From Myxococcota bacterium (GTDB lineage: Bacteria > Myxococcota_A > UBA796 > SXON01): 64,000 bases of DNA. Below, piece after piece: positions 10,443-19,551 of the stretch. The notes under the pieces are model-generated. The model did no database searches and had not been told where the DNA came from. It saw only the letters and a program-made list of their open reading frames with translations. Numbering within the stretch: position 1 is the stretch's first letter; each line of letters opens with the position of its first letter. The position numbers and the translations under genes were made by a program. The DNA lies in NCBI GenBank assembly GCA_040386535.1, contig JAZKFH010000008.1:69068-133067 (forward strand), given 5' to 3'.

Positions 10443-11096
10443 TCAAGATTCCGGTACAATTCCCCCAGGGGACGCTGCGATCACGAGCAGATGGACCTCA
10501 TCGGCCCCCGCCGCCAGCAGCTCCTCGGCGCAGGCCCTGGCCGTGCTGCCCGTGGTGACGACATCATCCACCAGCAGCACCCGACCCTGGACGGGGCAGG
10601 TGACGCGGTAGGCATCCCGCGTGTTGGACATGCGCAGACGGCGACCGAGGCGCGCCTGGGACTGGGCCCGCCGGCGCACGAGCGGATGGAACAGCGGGAT
10701 GCCCTGGTGCGCCGCGATGGGGTAGGCGAGCAGGTCGGCGGGGTTCATCCCCCGCACGAGGCGGCGCCACGGGCTGGACGGCACCGCCACGACAGCGTCG
10801 ATCGTGCTCACGTCCAACTGGCGGCCGCAATGCCGGCCGAGGGCCCACAGGATGGCCTCGTTGCCGCCGTACTTCCCCGCGCGCACCATCGCGCCGACGG
10901 GCCCGGCGTAGCTGCCGAGGTACCAGCCCGAAGTGACCCCTGGCGGGAGCACGGGCAGGCGCTGGAGGTGGTCGGGGACCACGTCCAGACAGGTGCGGCA
11001 CAGATGGCCGTCCAAGGGGCCACGCGCGGCCACCGGCGGACACGAGGCACAGGCGACGCAGGATTCGATGCCGAGACAAGAGACGACTTCGAGCAT
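10443..11096 (-). CDS. comF: ComF family protein (zinc ribbon + PRTase-like)
   Basis: CVAC...LCRTC, RGMNPADLLA and VLLVDDVVTTGSTARAC. Confidence 0.85.
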   Translation of the reverse strand: MLEVVSCLGIESCVACASCPPVAARGPLDGHLCRTCLDVVPDHLQRLPVLPPGVTSGWYLGSYAGPVGAMVRAGKYGGNEAILWALGRHCGRQLDVSTIDAVVAVPSSPWRRLVRGMNPADLLAYPIAAHQGIPLFHPLVRRRAQSQARLGRRLRMSNTRDAYRVTCPVQGRVLLVDDVVTTGSTARACAEELLAAGADEVHLLVIAASPGGIVPES

Positions 11097-11329
11097 GGCT
11101 GATCAATGCTCACGTCCAAGCCGTGCGTCAAAGGTGGTTATTTTCGGTTTACCCGGGGGATCCCGATCACCGTGCGGCGGATCCGTGCATAGGCGCCAGG
11201 ATCTTCGAGAGGAATCCGGGGGAGGCCCCGATCTGCATCCGCCTGACAGGTATTTTACGTCATTCCTGCGCTTGGGTTTACGACCTAGACGTTTGGATTA
11301 TTTGGACTTCTTGGACCCGGCGGCCGCCC

Positions 11330-11773
11330 CTACACGTGATGGTACGGTTCTCCCTTGCGAATCGTACACGCGCGATAGATCTGTTCCACCAGCACCACCC
11401 GTGCCACCGCGTGCGCCAGCACCATGGCGGACAGGCGGTGCACCTTCCACGCGCGCTCCCGCACCACGGGCGCATGGCCGTAGGGCCCGCCGATCGCGAA
11501 CACGAGGGAGGTCACCCCGTCCTGCGCGCACCGCTCCAGGAGCGCCGCCAGGGCGATGCTGCTGATGTCCTCCCCGCGCTCGTCGAGGGCCACCAGGCGA
11601 CCGCGGGTCGGCAGGCCCGCGAGCAACGCCTCGGCTTCAGCGGCCGCGGTCGACGGCCGGATGACCCGCTCCTCGAAGGGGAAGTGACGCGTGATGCGCC
11701 GCGCCCAGTCGGCGCATGCATCGTCCGCCCAGGGCAGCTTGCCCGAGCGGACGGAGCTCGCGACGAGCTTCAC
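11330..11773 (-). CDS. rlmH: 23S rRNA (pseudouridine1915-N3)-methyltransferase
   Basis: GTG at 11773 overlaps the rsfS stop; LVALDERG, FAIGGPYGH and VLVEQIYRACTIRKGEPYH. Confidence 0.95.
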   Translation of the reverse strand: MKLVASSVRSGKLPWADDACADWARRITRHFPFEERVIRPSTAAAEAEALLAGLPTRGRLVALDERGEDISSIALAALLERCAQDGVTSLVFAIGGPYGHAPVVRERAWKVHRLSAMVLAHAVARVVLVEQIYRACTIRKGEPYHHV

Positions 11774-12156
11774 CCCCTCGTCTGCCCGGCGGCCCCTCGT
11801 GCCGCGGCGGCGGGGGGCTCGAAGGGGATGCGCCGTGCGTCGGCCCACATCGCCTCGAGATCATAGAACCCGCGCATCGGCTCCTCGAAGACGTGCACCA
11901 GCACGTCACCGAAGTCGATGAGGATCCACCGGGACGCATCCAGCCCCTCCACGCCGATCGGCCGCTGGCCGATCTCGCGAAGGTCGTGAATGATCCCCTC
12001 GGCGAGCGCTCGGACGTGCCGCCGGCTCGTGCCGGTGCAGATCACGAAGCTGTCGCAGTACGACGCCTTCCTTCCCAGATCCAGGACGGTCACGTCCTCC
12101 GCCTTTCGGTCGGACGCGAACCGCGCGGCGGCCGTGGCCAGGTCAAGAGACTCGAT
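11770..12156 (-). CDS. rsfS: Ribosome silencing factor RsfS; probable non-canonical ATC start
   Basis: DRKAEDVTVLDL, CDSFVICTGTSRRHV and WILIDFGDVLVHVF..R.FYDLEAMW. The frame stays homologous up to ATC 12156, which has GAGGTG 5 nt upstream. Confidence 0.9.
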   Translation of the reverse strand: MESLDLATAAARFASDRKAEDVTVLDLGRKASYCDSFVICTGTSRRHVRALAEGIIHDLREIGQRPIGVEGLDASRWILIDFGDVLVHVFEEPMRGFYDLEAMWADARRIPFEPPAAAARGAAGQTRG

Positions 12157-12174
12157 GACAGCACCTCGCGGACA

Positions 12175-12648
12175 TCATGCGTTGATCACCTTGAAGGAGG
12201 TAAGGACAACATAGCGCACGCCATCTACTTCGAGCAGTTTCCCCACAAGAGAGAGCCGCGCGTTGACATGGCCCTCCACCGCCATCAGCTCGACCAGCTC
12301 GTTGGCGATCACGTTGACCTCGGCCGCGGAGCGGTCGGGCGCGGTGTACGGGACCGCCACCATGCTCACGAGGTCGTTGCTCGAGGGGGTGAGGGAGCCC
12401 ACGTAGGACCAGTCCTGGCCCTCTTCCAGCACGCGCCGGGCCATCATGCCGGTGGTGTAGGAGCAGTTGCTGCCGAGGAGCTCGCCCCCACGCGCGGAGT
12501 GGCTCGCGGCCGTCACGTCCATGGTGACGGCGGCGGGGGTCACCGGGGCTGCGCTCCGTGGCGCGACGTGCGCCGGGGCGTCGATCGGCCCCGCGTAGGC
12601 GGCGGGGAGGAAGGCGATCATCGACGCGAAGGAGAGCGCAGGCACCAT
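12175..12648 (-). CDS. Hypothetical exported protein
   Basis: Signal-peptide-like N-terminus (..FLPAAYA); GC3-biased codons; lies within the obgE-rsfS run. Confidence 0.7.
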   Translation of the reverse strand: MVPALSFASMIAFLPAAYAGPIDAPAHVAPRSAAPVTPAAVTMDVTAASHSARGGELLGSNCSYTTGMMARRVLEEGQDWSYVGSLTPSSNDLVSMVAVPYTAPDRSAAEVNVIANELVELMAVEGHVNARLSLVGKLLEVDGVRYVVLTSFKVINA

Positions 12649-12699
12649 CTTGGCTCCGTCAGGGATCGTACCATACAGGCGCCCCCTGGGTCGGGCAAG

Positions 12700-13380
12700 T
12701 CATGGCTTGTCTCCTTGAGGCGGGGAAACCTCCGGATCGAGGCCCACACCCCCCATGCCGAAGGTGAGCTCCACGTCCTGTTTCTGGGCGCCGGAGACCG
12801 CCTCGATCTTGACCCGGCCCTTGAGACGGACGGCGCTGGCCTCGTCGATCCAGACCTCTCCGTCGGCCGCGGTGACGGTCCACCCGCGCCGCGGCTTTTC
12901 GGGCGGAGGCGCCGCCGAGACCGTGTGCCGGAGCGCGCGCCGGCCCTCGACGATCTCGATCGTGTCGGGCTCCAGGCGCACGCCGGCCGCGAGGCCCTCG
13001 AGCGCCCAGGACCACGGGTCCCACGTGCCCGCCAACTGCACCCGGAAGGGCTCCGCGTCGCCCTTCTGCACCAGGGGGCCATCCCCCCCGTTGGTCCACG
13101 CGATCGCGTCCCACACCACGACCTCGCTGCGCACACGGTCGTCCCGCCGCTGCACGTAGGACCAGTGGTCGGCGTCCCGCCAGCGGAGCTCGAACGACTC
13201 GGTGCTGACGCGCGGCGGGGTGCCCTCGCCGCCCATCGACCGGCGGACCTCCGCCTGCAGGCGGTAGCTGCCGAGCCCGGACACGGTGGCGAAGGTGGCC
13301 TTCTCGGCGGCAACGGGGGGAGGGAGCGCCTCCTCCTCGGTGGAGCCGACGCAGGCCAGCACCCCGAGCAGGCCGATCAC
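12700..13380 (-). CDS. Hypothetical lipoprotein
   Basis: MIGLLGVLAC lipobox; GTGA overlap with the obgE stop. Confidence 0.7.
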   Translation of the reverse strand: MIGLLGVLACVGSTEEEALPPPVAAEKATFATVSGLGSYRLQAEVRRSMGGEGTPPRVSTESFELRWRDADHWSYVQRRDDRVRSEVVVWDAIAWTNGGDGPLVQKGDAEPFRVQLAGTWDPWSWALEGLAAGVRLEPDTIEIVEGRRALRHTVSAAPPPEKPRRGWTVTAADGEVWIDEASAVRLKGRVKIEAVSGAQKQDVELTFGMGGVGLDPEVSPPQGDKP

Positions 13381-14387
13381 GACCGGGGGATCTCGCTGAT
13401 GCGGGTCCAGGTGCGCCGGAGCAGCTCGGGGACGCCGTCCCCTGCGATGGCGGAGATCACGTGGATCTCGCCGGCGCCGGCCTCGGTGAGCAACGCGCGG
13501 GCCTCGGCTTCGGCCTCGTCATCCACCGTGTCGCGCTGCGTGAGCACGACGAGCTCGGGCTTCTCGGCCAGCTCGGTGTCGTAGGCGGCCAGCTCGTTTC
13601 GCAGGCTGCGGTAGCGGTGCGCCACGGACTCGGCCTCCATCGGGGAGAGCGAGACGAGGTGCAGCAGCGTGCGCGTGCGCTGGAGGTGCCGCAGGAACTG
13701 GTGGCCCAGCCCCTTGCCCTCGGCCGCGCCCTCGATGAGGCCGGGGATGTCGGCCACGACGAAGTTGGCGCCTTCACCCATGGACACCACCCCGAGATTC
13801 GGGATGAGCGTGGTGAAGGGGTAGTCGGCCACCTTGGGCCGTGCTGCCGAGATCATCGTGATCAGGGTCGACTTCCCGGCGTTCGGGTACCCGAGCAGCC
13901 CAACGTCCGCCATGAGGCGGAGCTCGAGCTTCAACGTGAGCGCGATGCTCGCACCACCGGGGGTGGTCGTACGCGGCGCCCGGTTGGTGCTGGTCTTGAA
14001 GTGAGTGTTGCCCAGGCCGCCGATGCCACCGGGGGCCGCGACGCGCTCCTCACCCGCGGTGAGCAGCTCGAACAACACGGCGTCGGACTCGGCATCCCGA
14101 ACGATCGTGCCGACCGGCACGGGGATGACGAGGTCGGCGCCCTGAGCACCGGTCTTCCGCCGCCCGGAGCCCGCCACGCCGTCACCGGCGCGCCAGGCGG
14201 AGCGGCTGCGAAGGTCGAGGAGGGTGTGCATGCCGCTGGACGCGAGGAAGGACACATTCCCCCCTCGCCCACCGTCGCCCCCGTCCGGGCCTCCCATCTC
14301 GACGTACTTTTCCCGTCGCATGGAAGAGGAACCACGGCCCCCCTTCCCGCTATGGACGTCTACTTCTACCTCGTCGACGAAGCGCAC
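13377..14387 (-). CDS. obgE: GTPase ObgE/CgtA
   Basis: MRFVDE, GGPDGGDGGRGG, GLLGYPNAGKSTL, DYPFTTL and ADIPGLIEGA. Confidence 0.97.
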   Translation of the reverse strand: MRFVDEVEVDVHSGKGGRGSSSMRREKYVEMGGPDGGDGGRGGNVSFLASSGMHTLLDLRSRSAWRAGDGVAGSGRRKTGAQGADLVIPVPVGTIVRDAESDAVLFELLTAGEERVAAPGGIGGLGNTHFKTSTNRAPRTTTPGGASIALTLKLELRLMADVGLLGYPNAGKSTLITMISAARPKVADYPFTTLIPNLGVVSMGEGANFVVADIPGLIEGAAEGKGLGHQFLRHLQRTRTLLHLVSLSPMEAESVAHRYRSLRNELAAYDTELAEKPELVVLTQRDTVDDEAEAEARALLTEAGAGEIHVISAIAGDGVPELLRRTWTRISEIPRS

Positions 14388-14421
14388 AAACCCTCCTGTG
14401 GGGGACGATGCGCCCCGACGA

Positions 14422-14697
14422 CTACTCGGCTGCGGAGGAGAGCTCCGCCGTCGGGTAGACAGACACGTACTTGCGATTCAGCCGGCGCTCGAACTTGACT
14501 TCGCCGCTGACGAGCGCGAAGAGCGTCCAGTCGCGACCGACGCCCACGTTCTTGCCCGGGTGGAAGACGGTGCCGAGCTGCCGCACGAGGATGTTCCCCG
14601 CGAGGACGTCCTGCCCGTCACCACGCTTCACGCCGCGGTATTGCGGATTCGAGTCGCGCCCGTTGCGGGAGCTGCCCTGTCCCTTTTTATGAGCCAT
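14422..14697 (-). CDS. rpmA: 50S ribosomal protein bL27
   Basis: [16 protein letters not shown]...GNILVRQ.G. Confidence 0.98.
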   Translation of the reverse strand: MAHKKGQGSSRNGRDSNPQYRGVKRGDGQDVLAGNILVRQLGTVFHPGKNVGVGRDWTLFALVSGEVKFERRLNRKYVSVYPTAELSSAAE

Positions 14698-14706
14698 GGT
14701 AGACCT

Positions 14707-15015
14707 CTACGCCTGGATGCTGTTGATCTGAAGAACGCTGAGCGAGGCCCGCCCGTTCTTCTGCTTACGGCGGCGCTGGCGGTGGAGGTACCGCATCGAC
14801 TCCGTCTTGGCGCCTTTGACGTGGGCCGCGACCGTGGCCGTGACCACTGCGCCGGGGACGGTGGGCGCGCCCACCACCACGTTATCGCCGCCGACCATGA
14901 GGACCTGGTCGAGCGCGAGTTCGCTTCCGACCTCGGCCGCGACGCGATCCACAACGAGGGTGGTCCCTTCGGACACCCGATACTGCTTGCCACCCGTGAC
15001 GACGACCGCGTACAT
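14707..15015 (-). CDS. rplU: 50S ribosomal protein bL21
   Basis: MYAVVVTGGKQYRV from ATG 15015; adjacent to rpmA. Confidence 0.95.
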   Translation of the reverse strand: MYAVVVTGGKQYRVSEGTTLVVDRVAAEVGSELALDQVLMVGGDNVVVGAPTVPGAVVTATVAAHVKGAKTESMRYLHRQRRRKQKNGRASLSVLQINSIQA

Positions 15016-15067
15016 CGTTTTCGACCTTCCTTGAAGCCGGTCGCGCTTAACACACCCCAACGTGGGG

Positions 15068-16777
15068 TCAAGAAACGCGTTGACCGAGCTGGGCACGCAC
15101 CACATCGAGGCGCGCCTGCACCTCATGGGTGCTCATGCCCGCATAACGCTCTGGGAGCATACGTCGAGAGGAGGACTCGAAGACGGCCAAGAGTTCCATG
15201 TATTCGAGCATGCGGACATCCCGGCTGGGGATGAGATCGGTCACCGCGCGGGCCAGATCGGCCTCGGAGAGGCGCTCGCGGCCCTCCCACGCGGCGAAGT
15301 TCGCCGCGGCGAGCACGACGGCCTCGATCTCGGCGGCTGAGTAGCCGGCCGTACCATCCACCACCGCGTCGAGCTTCGCGCCTTCCTCCAGGCTGAGCTG
15401 GGCCTTGCGCACCACCGCGGCCGTGACCTGGCGCCGCTCCTCGGTGCCCTCCGGGAAGAAGAAGGGGATCTTCACGTCGAAGCGGCCGGGGCGCTTCAGG
15501 TCGGTGTCGAGCTTGTCGGGGCGGTTCGTCATCATCAGGATGATGACGCGGCCGCGGTGCGACGTGTCCGACATGAACTCCTTGAGCCGCGCGATGACCC
15601 GGCTCGAGGTGCCGCCGTCCCCTTCGGAGCCCGACGAGAGCGAACGGTCGGCCTCGTCGAGGATGAGGAGGACGTACCCGAGGCCGTCGACCACCTGGAG
15701 GATCTTCTCGAGGTTGCCCTCGGTCGAGCCGACCCACTTCTCGCGGAAGTTCTTGAACTTCAGGCAGGTGAGTCCGCTCTCCCGCGCGAAGGCCTCGGCG
15801 AGGAACGTCTTTCCCGTGCCCATCGGCCCGACGAAGATGAGCCCCATCGGGACGCGGTTGCGTTGGCCGCGCTTGATCGCCTCTGCGATGCGCATGAGCT
15901 CGGTCTTGATCGACTCCATGCCGCCCACGTGCGAGAAGTCGTGGGAGGGATCGACGAACTCGACGAGCGAGTGGCACTCCTGCTCGATGATCGCCTTCTT
16001 GCGCTGGTTGACCGTACGGAACGTGATGGGGAGGCTCGACTGGCGTGCCTGGCGCAACAGCCCGCGGATCTGGGTGAGCGAGAGGCCAGCGGTCACCTTG
16101 GCGAGCTGCGCGTCGTCGAGATCCTGGACGATGCCGCGGCGGTCCTGCACGCGCAGGAAGGCCTCGCGCTCGGCGACGCCGGGGAGCGGCACTTCGAGCG
16201 GCAACACGTGGCTGGAGGCGACGAGGCGCCGGTGCACGTCCGACAAGGTCTCGGTGACGAGCACGACCAGGTTGTCGCTCTGGACCAGCGAGGGATCAGC
16301 GCCCAGGCGCAGAAGCGTCACGAGGTTGTTCTTGTCCGACTCGGACATGAACGAGAGCTCGCCGTTGGGGATGATCGTCTCGATGTAGTCGATGACCACC
16401 GACGCGCGCTGGGTGGGATCGGTGACGAGCTCCTCGAGCAGCGGCAGCACCTGGCCCGGCGAGCGCGGGAGGGTGTCGACCGGGTCGCGCCCCTCCATCA
16501 GTCGGCGCGCGGTCAGCGTCCGCTTGAACGCCGCCTCCTGGGCGCGGCTCCCGAACTCCACGCCCTCGGAGAGGTTGTAGTAGACGACGAGGTCCTTCGT
16601 GCGGCCGAGGAATTTCTCCAGGAATTCCCGGATCGACGTGTAGCGGACGGTGACGCCGTCCGGCTCCGGGGTCGGATGGATGTCGCGCGTGTTGCCGTGG
16701 AGCAGGAACACGCTCGACTCGCCGGAGAGGTAGCGATCACGGAGCGAGACGGCCCATGCGGGGAGGATTGTTTCCAT
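15068..16777 (-). CDS. AAA+ ATPase (degenerate N-terminal AAA plus intact C-terminal AAA)
   Basis: FSHVGGME, Walker A GPMGTGKT, Walker B ILDEAD, SRH TNRPDKLD..LKRPGRFD. Confidence 0.9.
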   Translation of the reverse strand: METILPAWAVSLRDRYLSGESSVFLLHGNTRDIHPTPEPDGVTVRYTSIREFLEKFLGRTKDLVVYYNLSEGVEFGSRAQEAAFKRTLTARRLMEGRDPVDTLPRSPGQVLPLLEELVTDPTQRASVVIDYIETIIPNGELSFMSESDKNNLVTLLRLGADPSLVQSDNLVVLVTETLSDVHRRLVASSHVLPLEVPLPGVAEREAFLRVQDRRGIVQDLDDAQLAKVTAGLSLTQIRGLLRQARQSSLPITFRTVNQRKKAIIEQECHSLVEFVDPSHDFSHVGGMESIKTELMRIAEAIKRGQRNRVPMGLIFVGPMGTGKTFLAEAFARESGLTCLKFKNFREKWVGSTEGNLEKILQVVDGLGYVLLILDEADRSLSSGSEGDGGTSSRVIARLKEFMSDTSHRGRVIILMMTNRPDKLDTDLKRPGRFDVKIPFFFPEGTEERRQVTAAVVRKAQLSLEEGAKLDAVVDGTAGYSAAEIEAVVLAAANFAAWEGRERLSEADLARAVTDLIPSRDVRMLEYMELLAVFESSSRRMLPERYAGMSTHEVQARLDVVRAQLGQRVS

Positions 16778-16822
16778 CCCTGCCGCCTATCGTGACTGTC
16801 GTGCGTCCGGGCGAGAACGCAC

Positions 16823-17515
16823 CTACCGGCGCTTGAGTCGCGCCTCGAGGTCGGTGAAGCGGCGCTCCAGGACCGCGAGCCGATCGGGCTCTCCGGCGGG
16901 GGTGGTCCCCTCCAGGCGCGCGAGGCGCGTGTCGAGATCGACCACGTCGCCGTCGGCGCCCACGAGATCTTCCACGTCGTCCTCGAGCCGCGCGAGCCGC
17001 CCCGACTCCCCGTCGACACGCGCGAGGCGAGACTCGAGCACGGCGACCCGCGCCGCGAGCGCGCCGAGGCCGCCGTCCCCGTGCTCCAACCGGAGGACGC
17101 GGCGCCGCAACATCCGCGTGCGCCTCCGCGCCACGGTGTCCCCGGCGTGGGTCGACTCCAGCGAGGAGAGGCGCCCCTCCATCCGCTCGACGTTGTCGGC
17201 GATCTGGACCAGCATCCCGAGCACCGGCACGCGGTCGGCGGCCTCGTCCGTGCCGCGCCCCTCCCGGAGGAACCGGACCGAGAGGTAACGGGGCGAGCCG
17301 TCGAAGTGGTGGGGCTCCAGCGCGTTGCCGTCCCCGAGGATGACGTGGTAGTAGCCGCCCGCCCGCACGGAGATGGCACGCACCTCGTCCTCCCAGAGGA
17401 CGGTCTCCCCTGTCGCCGTCGGATGCAGGCGGAAGAGCAGATCGTAGACGCCCGGGTTGGCGGGCGGCTCGTCGGCCCTACAGAGGCGACCGTGGAACTC
17501 GATCGAATGGACCAT
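16823..17515 (-). CDS. Hypothetical protein: N-terminal beta domain of fibre/adhesin type plus long coiled coil
   Basis: ATG 17515; IEFHGRL...GVYDLLFRLH.TATGETVLWED...GYYHVILG...FDGSPRYLSV, then heptad repeats. Confidence 0.7.
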   Translation of the reverse strand: MVHSIEFHGRLCRADEPPANPGVYDLLFRLHPTATGETVLWEDEVRAISVRAGGYYHVILGDGNALEPHHFDGSPRYLSVRFLREGRGTDEAADRVPVLGMLVQIADNVERMEGRLSSLESTHAGDTVARRRTRMLRRRVLRLEHGDGGLGALAARVAVLESRLARVDGESGRLARLEDDVEDLVGADGDVVDLDTRLARLEGTTPAGEPDRLAVLERRFTDLEARLKRR

Positions 17516-17607
17516 GAGCCGCCCTCGCCGTGCCGAGTCCGATCGTACCGACGGGGTTTCCGCCGTGTCAAAGGCGCCGCGTCGATCCGCTCGCGAGCGT
17601 CGGTCGC

Positions 17608-18378
17608 ATGCGGATCCTGATCCCCGGGGCCGCGGGCCTCGTCGGGACCGCCCTTCGGGCGCGGGCCGAGGCGAGCGGCCACACGTGCCTGTTCCTCGAA
17701 CGTTCGGAGTGTGACGTGACCGACCCGCGGTCCCGCTCCGAGGCGCTGCGGCGCCACCGTCCGGACGCGGTGCTGTTCTGCGCCGCGAGGACCGCGGTGG
17801 ACGCGTGCGCCACGGACGGCTCGTCCGAGGCCGTGAACGTCGCGGCGCCCGCGGCGTGGGCCGCCGAGGTGGAGACCTGGCTGTTGTCGTCGAACTTCGT
17901 GTTCGCGCGGCCGGGGCCACATTCACCAGGAACAACGCCTAATCCAGCGGGCGTGTACGCCGATCAGAAGGCCCGCGCCGAGGCGGCCGTGCTCGCGGCG
18001 GGCGGGCACGTGGCGCGCGTCGGATGGGTCTACGGCCCCCGCGGGCGCACCTTCGGCTCGACGCTGGTGGCGCGCCTTCGCGCCGGTGAGGAGGTCCGCG
18101 CCGTCCACGACGTGCGGGTGCAGCCCACGTGGTCGCTCGATCTCGCGGAGGCGCTCCTGGAGATGCCGCGGGGTGTCGTCCACCACGCGGGCCGGGGCGA
18201 GGTGTCGTGGTACGGGTTCGCGCTGGCCGTGTGGGCGCGCGTGGGGCGCGGGCGGGTGGTGCCCGTCCGGCTCGCGGAGCTCGGCCTGGCCGAAGAGCGC
18301 CCGCGCGACGCTCGGCTGGCGCCCGCTACGCTGCCGCCGTGGTGGGAGCGGGTCGACGCGCTGGTCGCCCGGACGTGA
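17608..18378 (+). CDS. dTDP-4-dehydrorhamnose reductase-like SDR (RmlD family)
   Basis: MRILIPGAAGLVG, CAARTAVDAC, YxxxK (YADQK) and VSWYGFA. Confidence 0.8.
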   Translation: MRILIPGAAGLVGTALRARAEASGHTCLFLERSECDVTDPRSRSEALRRHRPDAVLFCAARTAVDACATDGSSEAVNVAAPAAWAAEVETWLLSSNFVFARPGPHSPGTTPNPAGVYADQKARAEAAVLAAGGHVARVGWVYGPRGRTFGSTLVARLRAGEEVRAVHDVRVQPTWSLDLAEALLEMPRGVVHHAGRGEVSWYGFALAVWARVGRGRVVPVRLAELGLAEERPRDARLAPATLPPWWERVDALVART

Positions 18379-19551
18379 TCAGCGCGCCAGCGCCACGGCC
18401 GCCGCCACGCGGACGCGGACGGACTCGCTCTCCAGCAGCGTCGTGAGCGCCGCACGATCGGCCGGCACGCGCGAGCCGCCGAGCGCCTCGATGGCGGCGA
18501 GCTCCAGGCCGGGGTCGGCCTCGGGGAGCGCGTCGCGGAGGGCCGCGCGGAGCCGATCGGCGCCGTCGGCGGACGGATCGAGGGTGAGGCGGCGCCCGGC
18601 CGCTTGGGCCGCCAGGAGCCGGCTACCGACATCCCCCTCGCCGAGCACACGCACGACCTCGCGGAGCTCGCCCTGGCCCCGCCCGAACAGCGCGAGGGCG
18701 GCGGCATCGTGGAACACCGGCGCGCCGACGAGGGCGCCCTTGAGGACGCCCTCGGCTGCGGGCGACCGCGCCTCGGAGAGGTACTCGATCGCCTCGAGGG
18801 CGCGCTCCTCGCCTTCGCCCAGGGCGGCCACCAGGGCCCGTTCGCCCGCCGGCGAGCCGAGCTCGAGGAGGGCCGCCGCGAGGGCCAGCTGGATCTCGGG
18901 CTCGACCCGGTCGAGCGCGGCGACCAGTGGGGGCACGAGCGACGGGAGGCCGCTGTTGCCGATGGCGCGGAAGAACCAGAGCTCGAGCGGCAGGTTGCCC
19001 GCGGCGAGCTGATCGGCGAGACGACCCGCGGCCGCGGTGTCCCCCGTGATGGCAGCGGCGAGCAGGAGCGCGCCGCCACGCCCGCCGGTGACCTGGGCGG
19101 ACGCGGCGGTGATGCGGGCACGATCCGCCACGACTTCGTCCGCCGGCACGACGCCGTCGCGCCCCGCGCGGGCCAGGGCGATCGCGGCGGCGCCGCGCAC
19201 CCAGGGACCGGCCGTGGCGTCTTCGACCAGGGTGCGGAGCAGCGCGCGCGCCTCCACCTCCGCGAGCCGCGGCTCCACTGCGGCGACGGTTGCCCGCTGG
19301 ACGTACTCCGACGGGTCGAAGCGGCCGCGTTGACCCCACGCGCCGCCGGCCGGCGCCGGGTCAGCCGTGACCAGGGCCGCGATCGCGTCCCGGCGCACGG
19401 ACACGTCGAGGTCGGCGGCGCCGGCCTCGAGCGCGGCGCGGACCGCGGGATCGAGCGGCACGCGCGTGACGGGCGCCGCGAGGTCGACCGGGAGCGGCGC
19501 CGCGCGATGGGCGCAGCCCGGGCCCGCCGCGAGCAGCCACAGCAGCATCAT
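18379..19551 (-). CDS. HEAT-repeat putative lipoprotein
   Basis: ATG 19551 overlaps the upstream stop; MMLLWLLAAGPGC; repeats such as VRRDAIAAL, VRGAAAIAL and VRVAAAVAL. Confidence 0.8.
   Translation of the reverse strand: MMLLWLLAAGPGCAHRAAPLPVDLAAPVTRVPLDPAVRAALEAGAADLDVSVRRDAIAALVTADPAPAGGAWGQRGRFDPSEYVQRATVAAVEPRLAEVEARALLRTLVEDATAGPWVRGAAAIALARAGRDGVVPADEVVADRARITAASAQVTGGRGGALLLAAAITGDTAAAGRLADQLAAGNLPLELWFFRAIGNSGLPSLVPPLVAALDRVEPEIQLALAAALLELGSPAGERALVAALGEGEERALEAIEYLSEARSPAAEGVLKGALVGAPVFHDAAALALFGRGQGELREVVRVLGEGDVGSRLLAAQAAGRRLTLDPSADGADRLRAALRDALPEADPGLELAAIEALGGSRVPADRAALTTLLESESVRVRVAAAVALAR

Noticed and set aside
15016..15067. L21 leader RNA upstream of rplU
   Set aside because: Only 52 bp separate it from the AAA gene stop, and no convincing structure is visible.
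15068..16777. AAA+ ATPase as part of an anti-phage defence or contractile injection system
   Set aside because: There are no adjacent nuclease, protease, sheath, tube or baseplate genes, and it sits next to core ribosomal genes.
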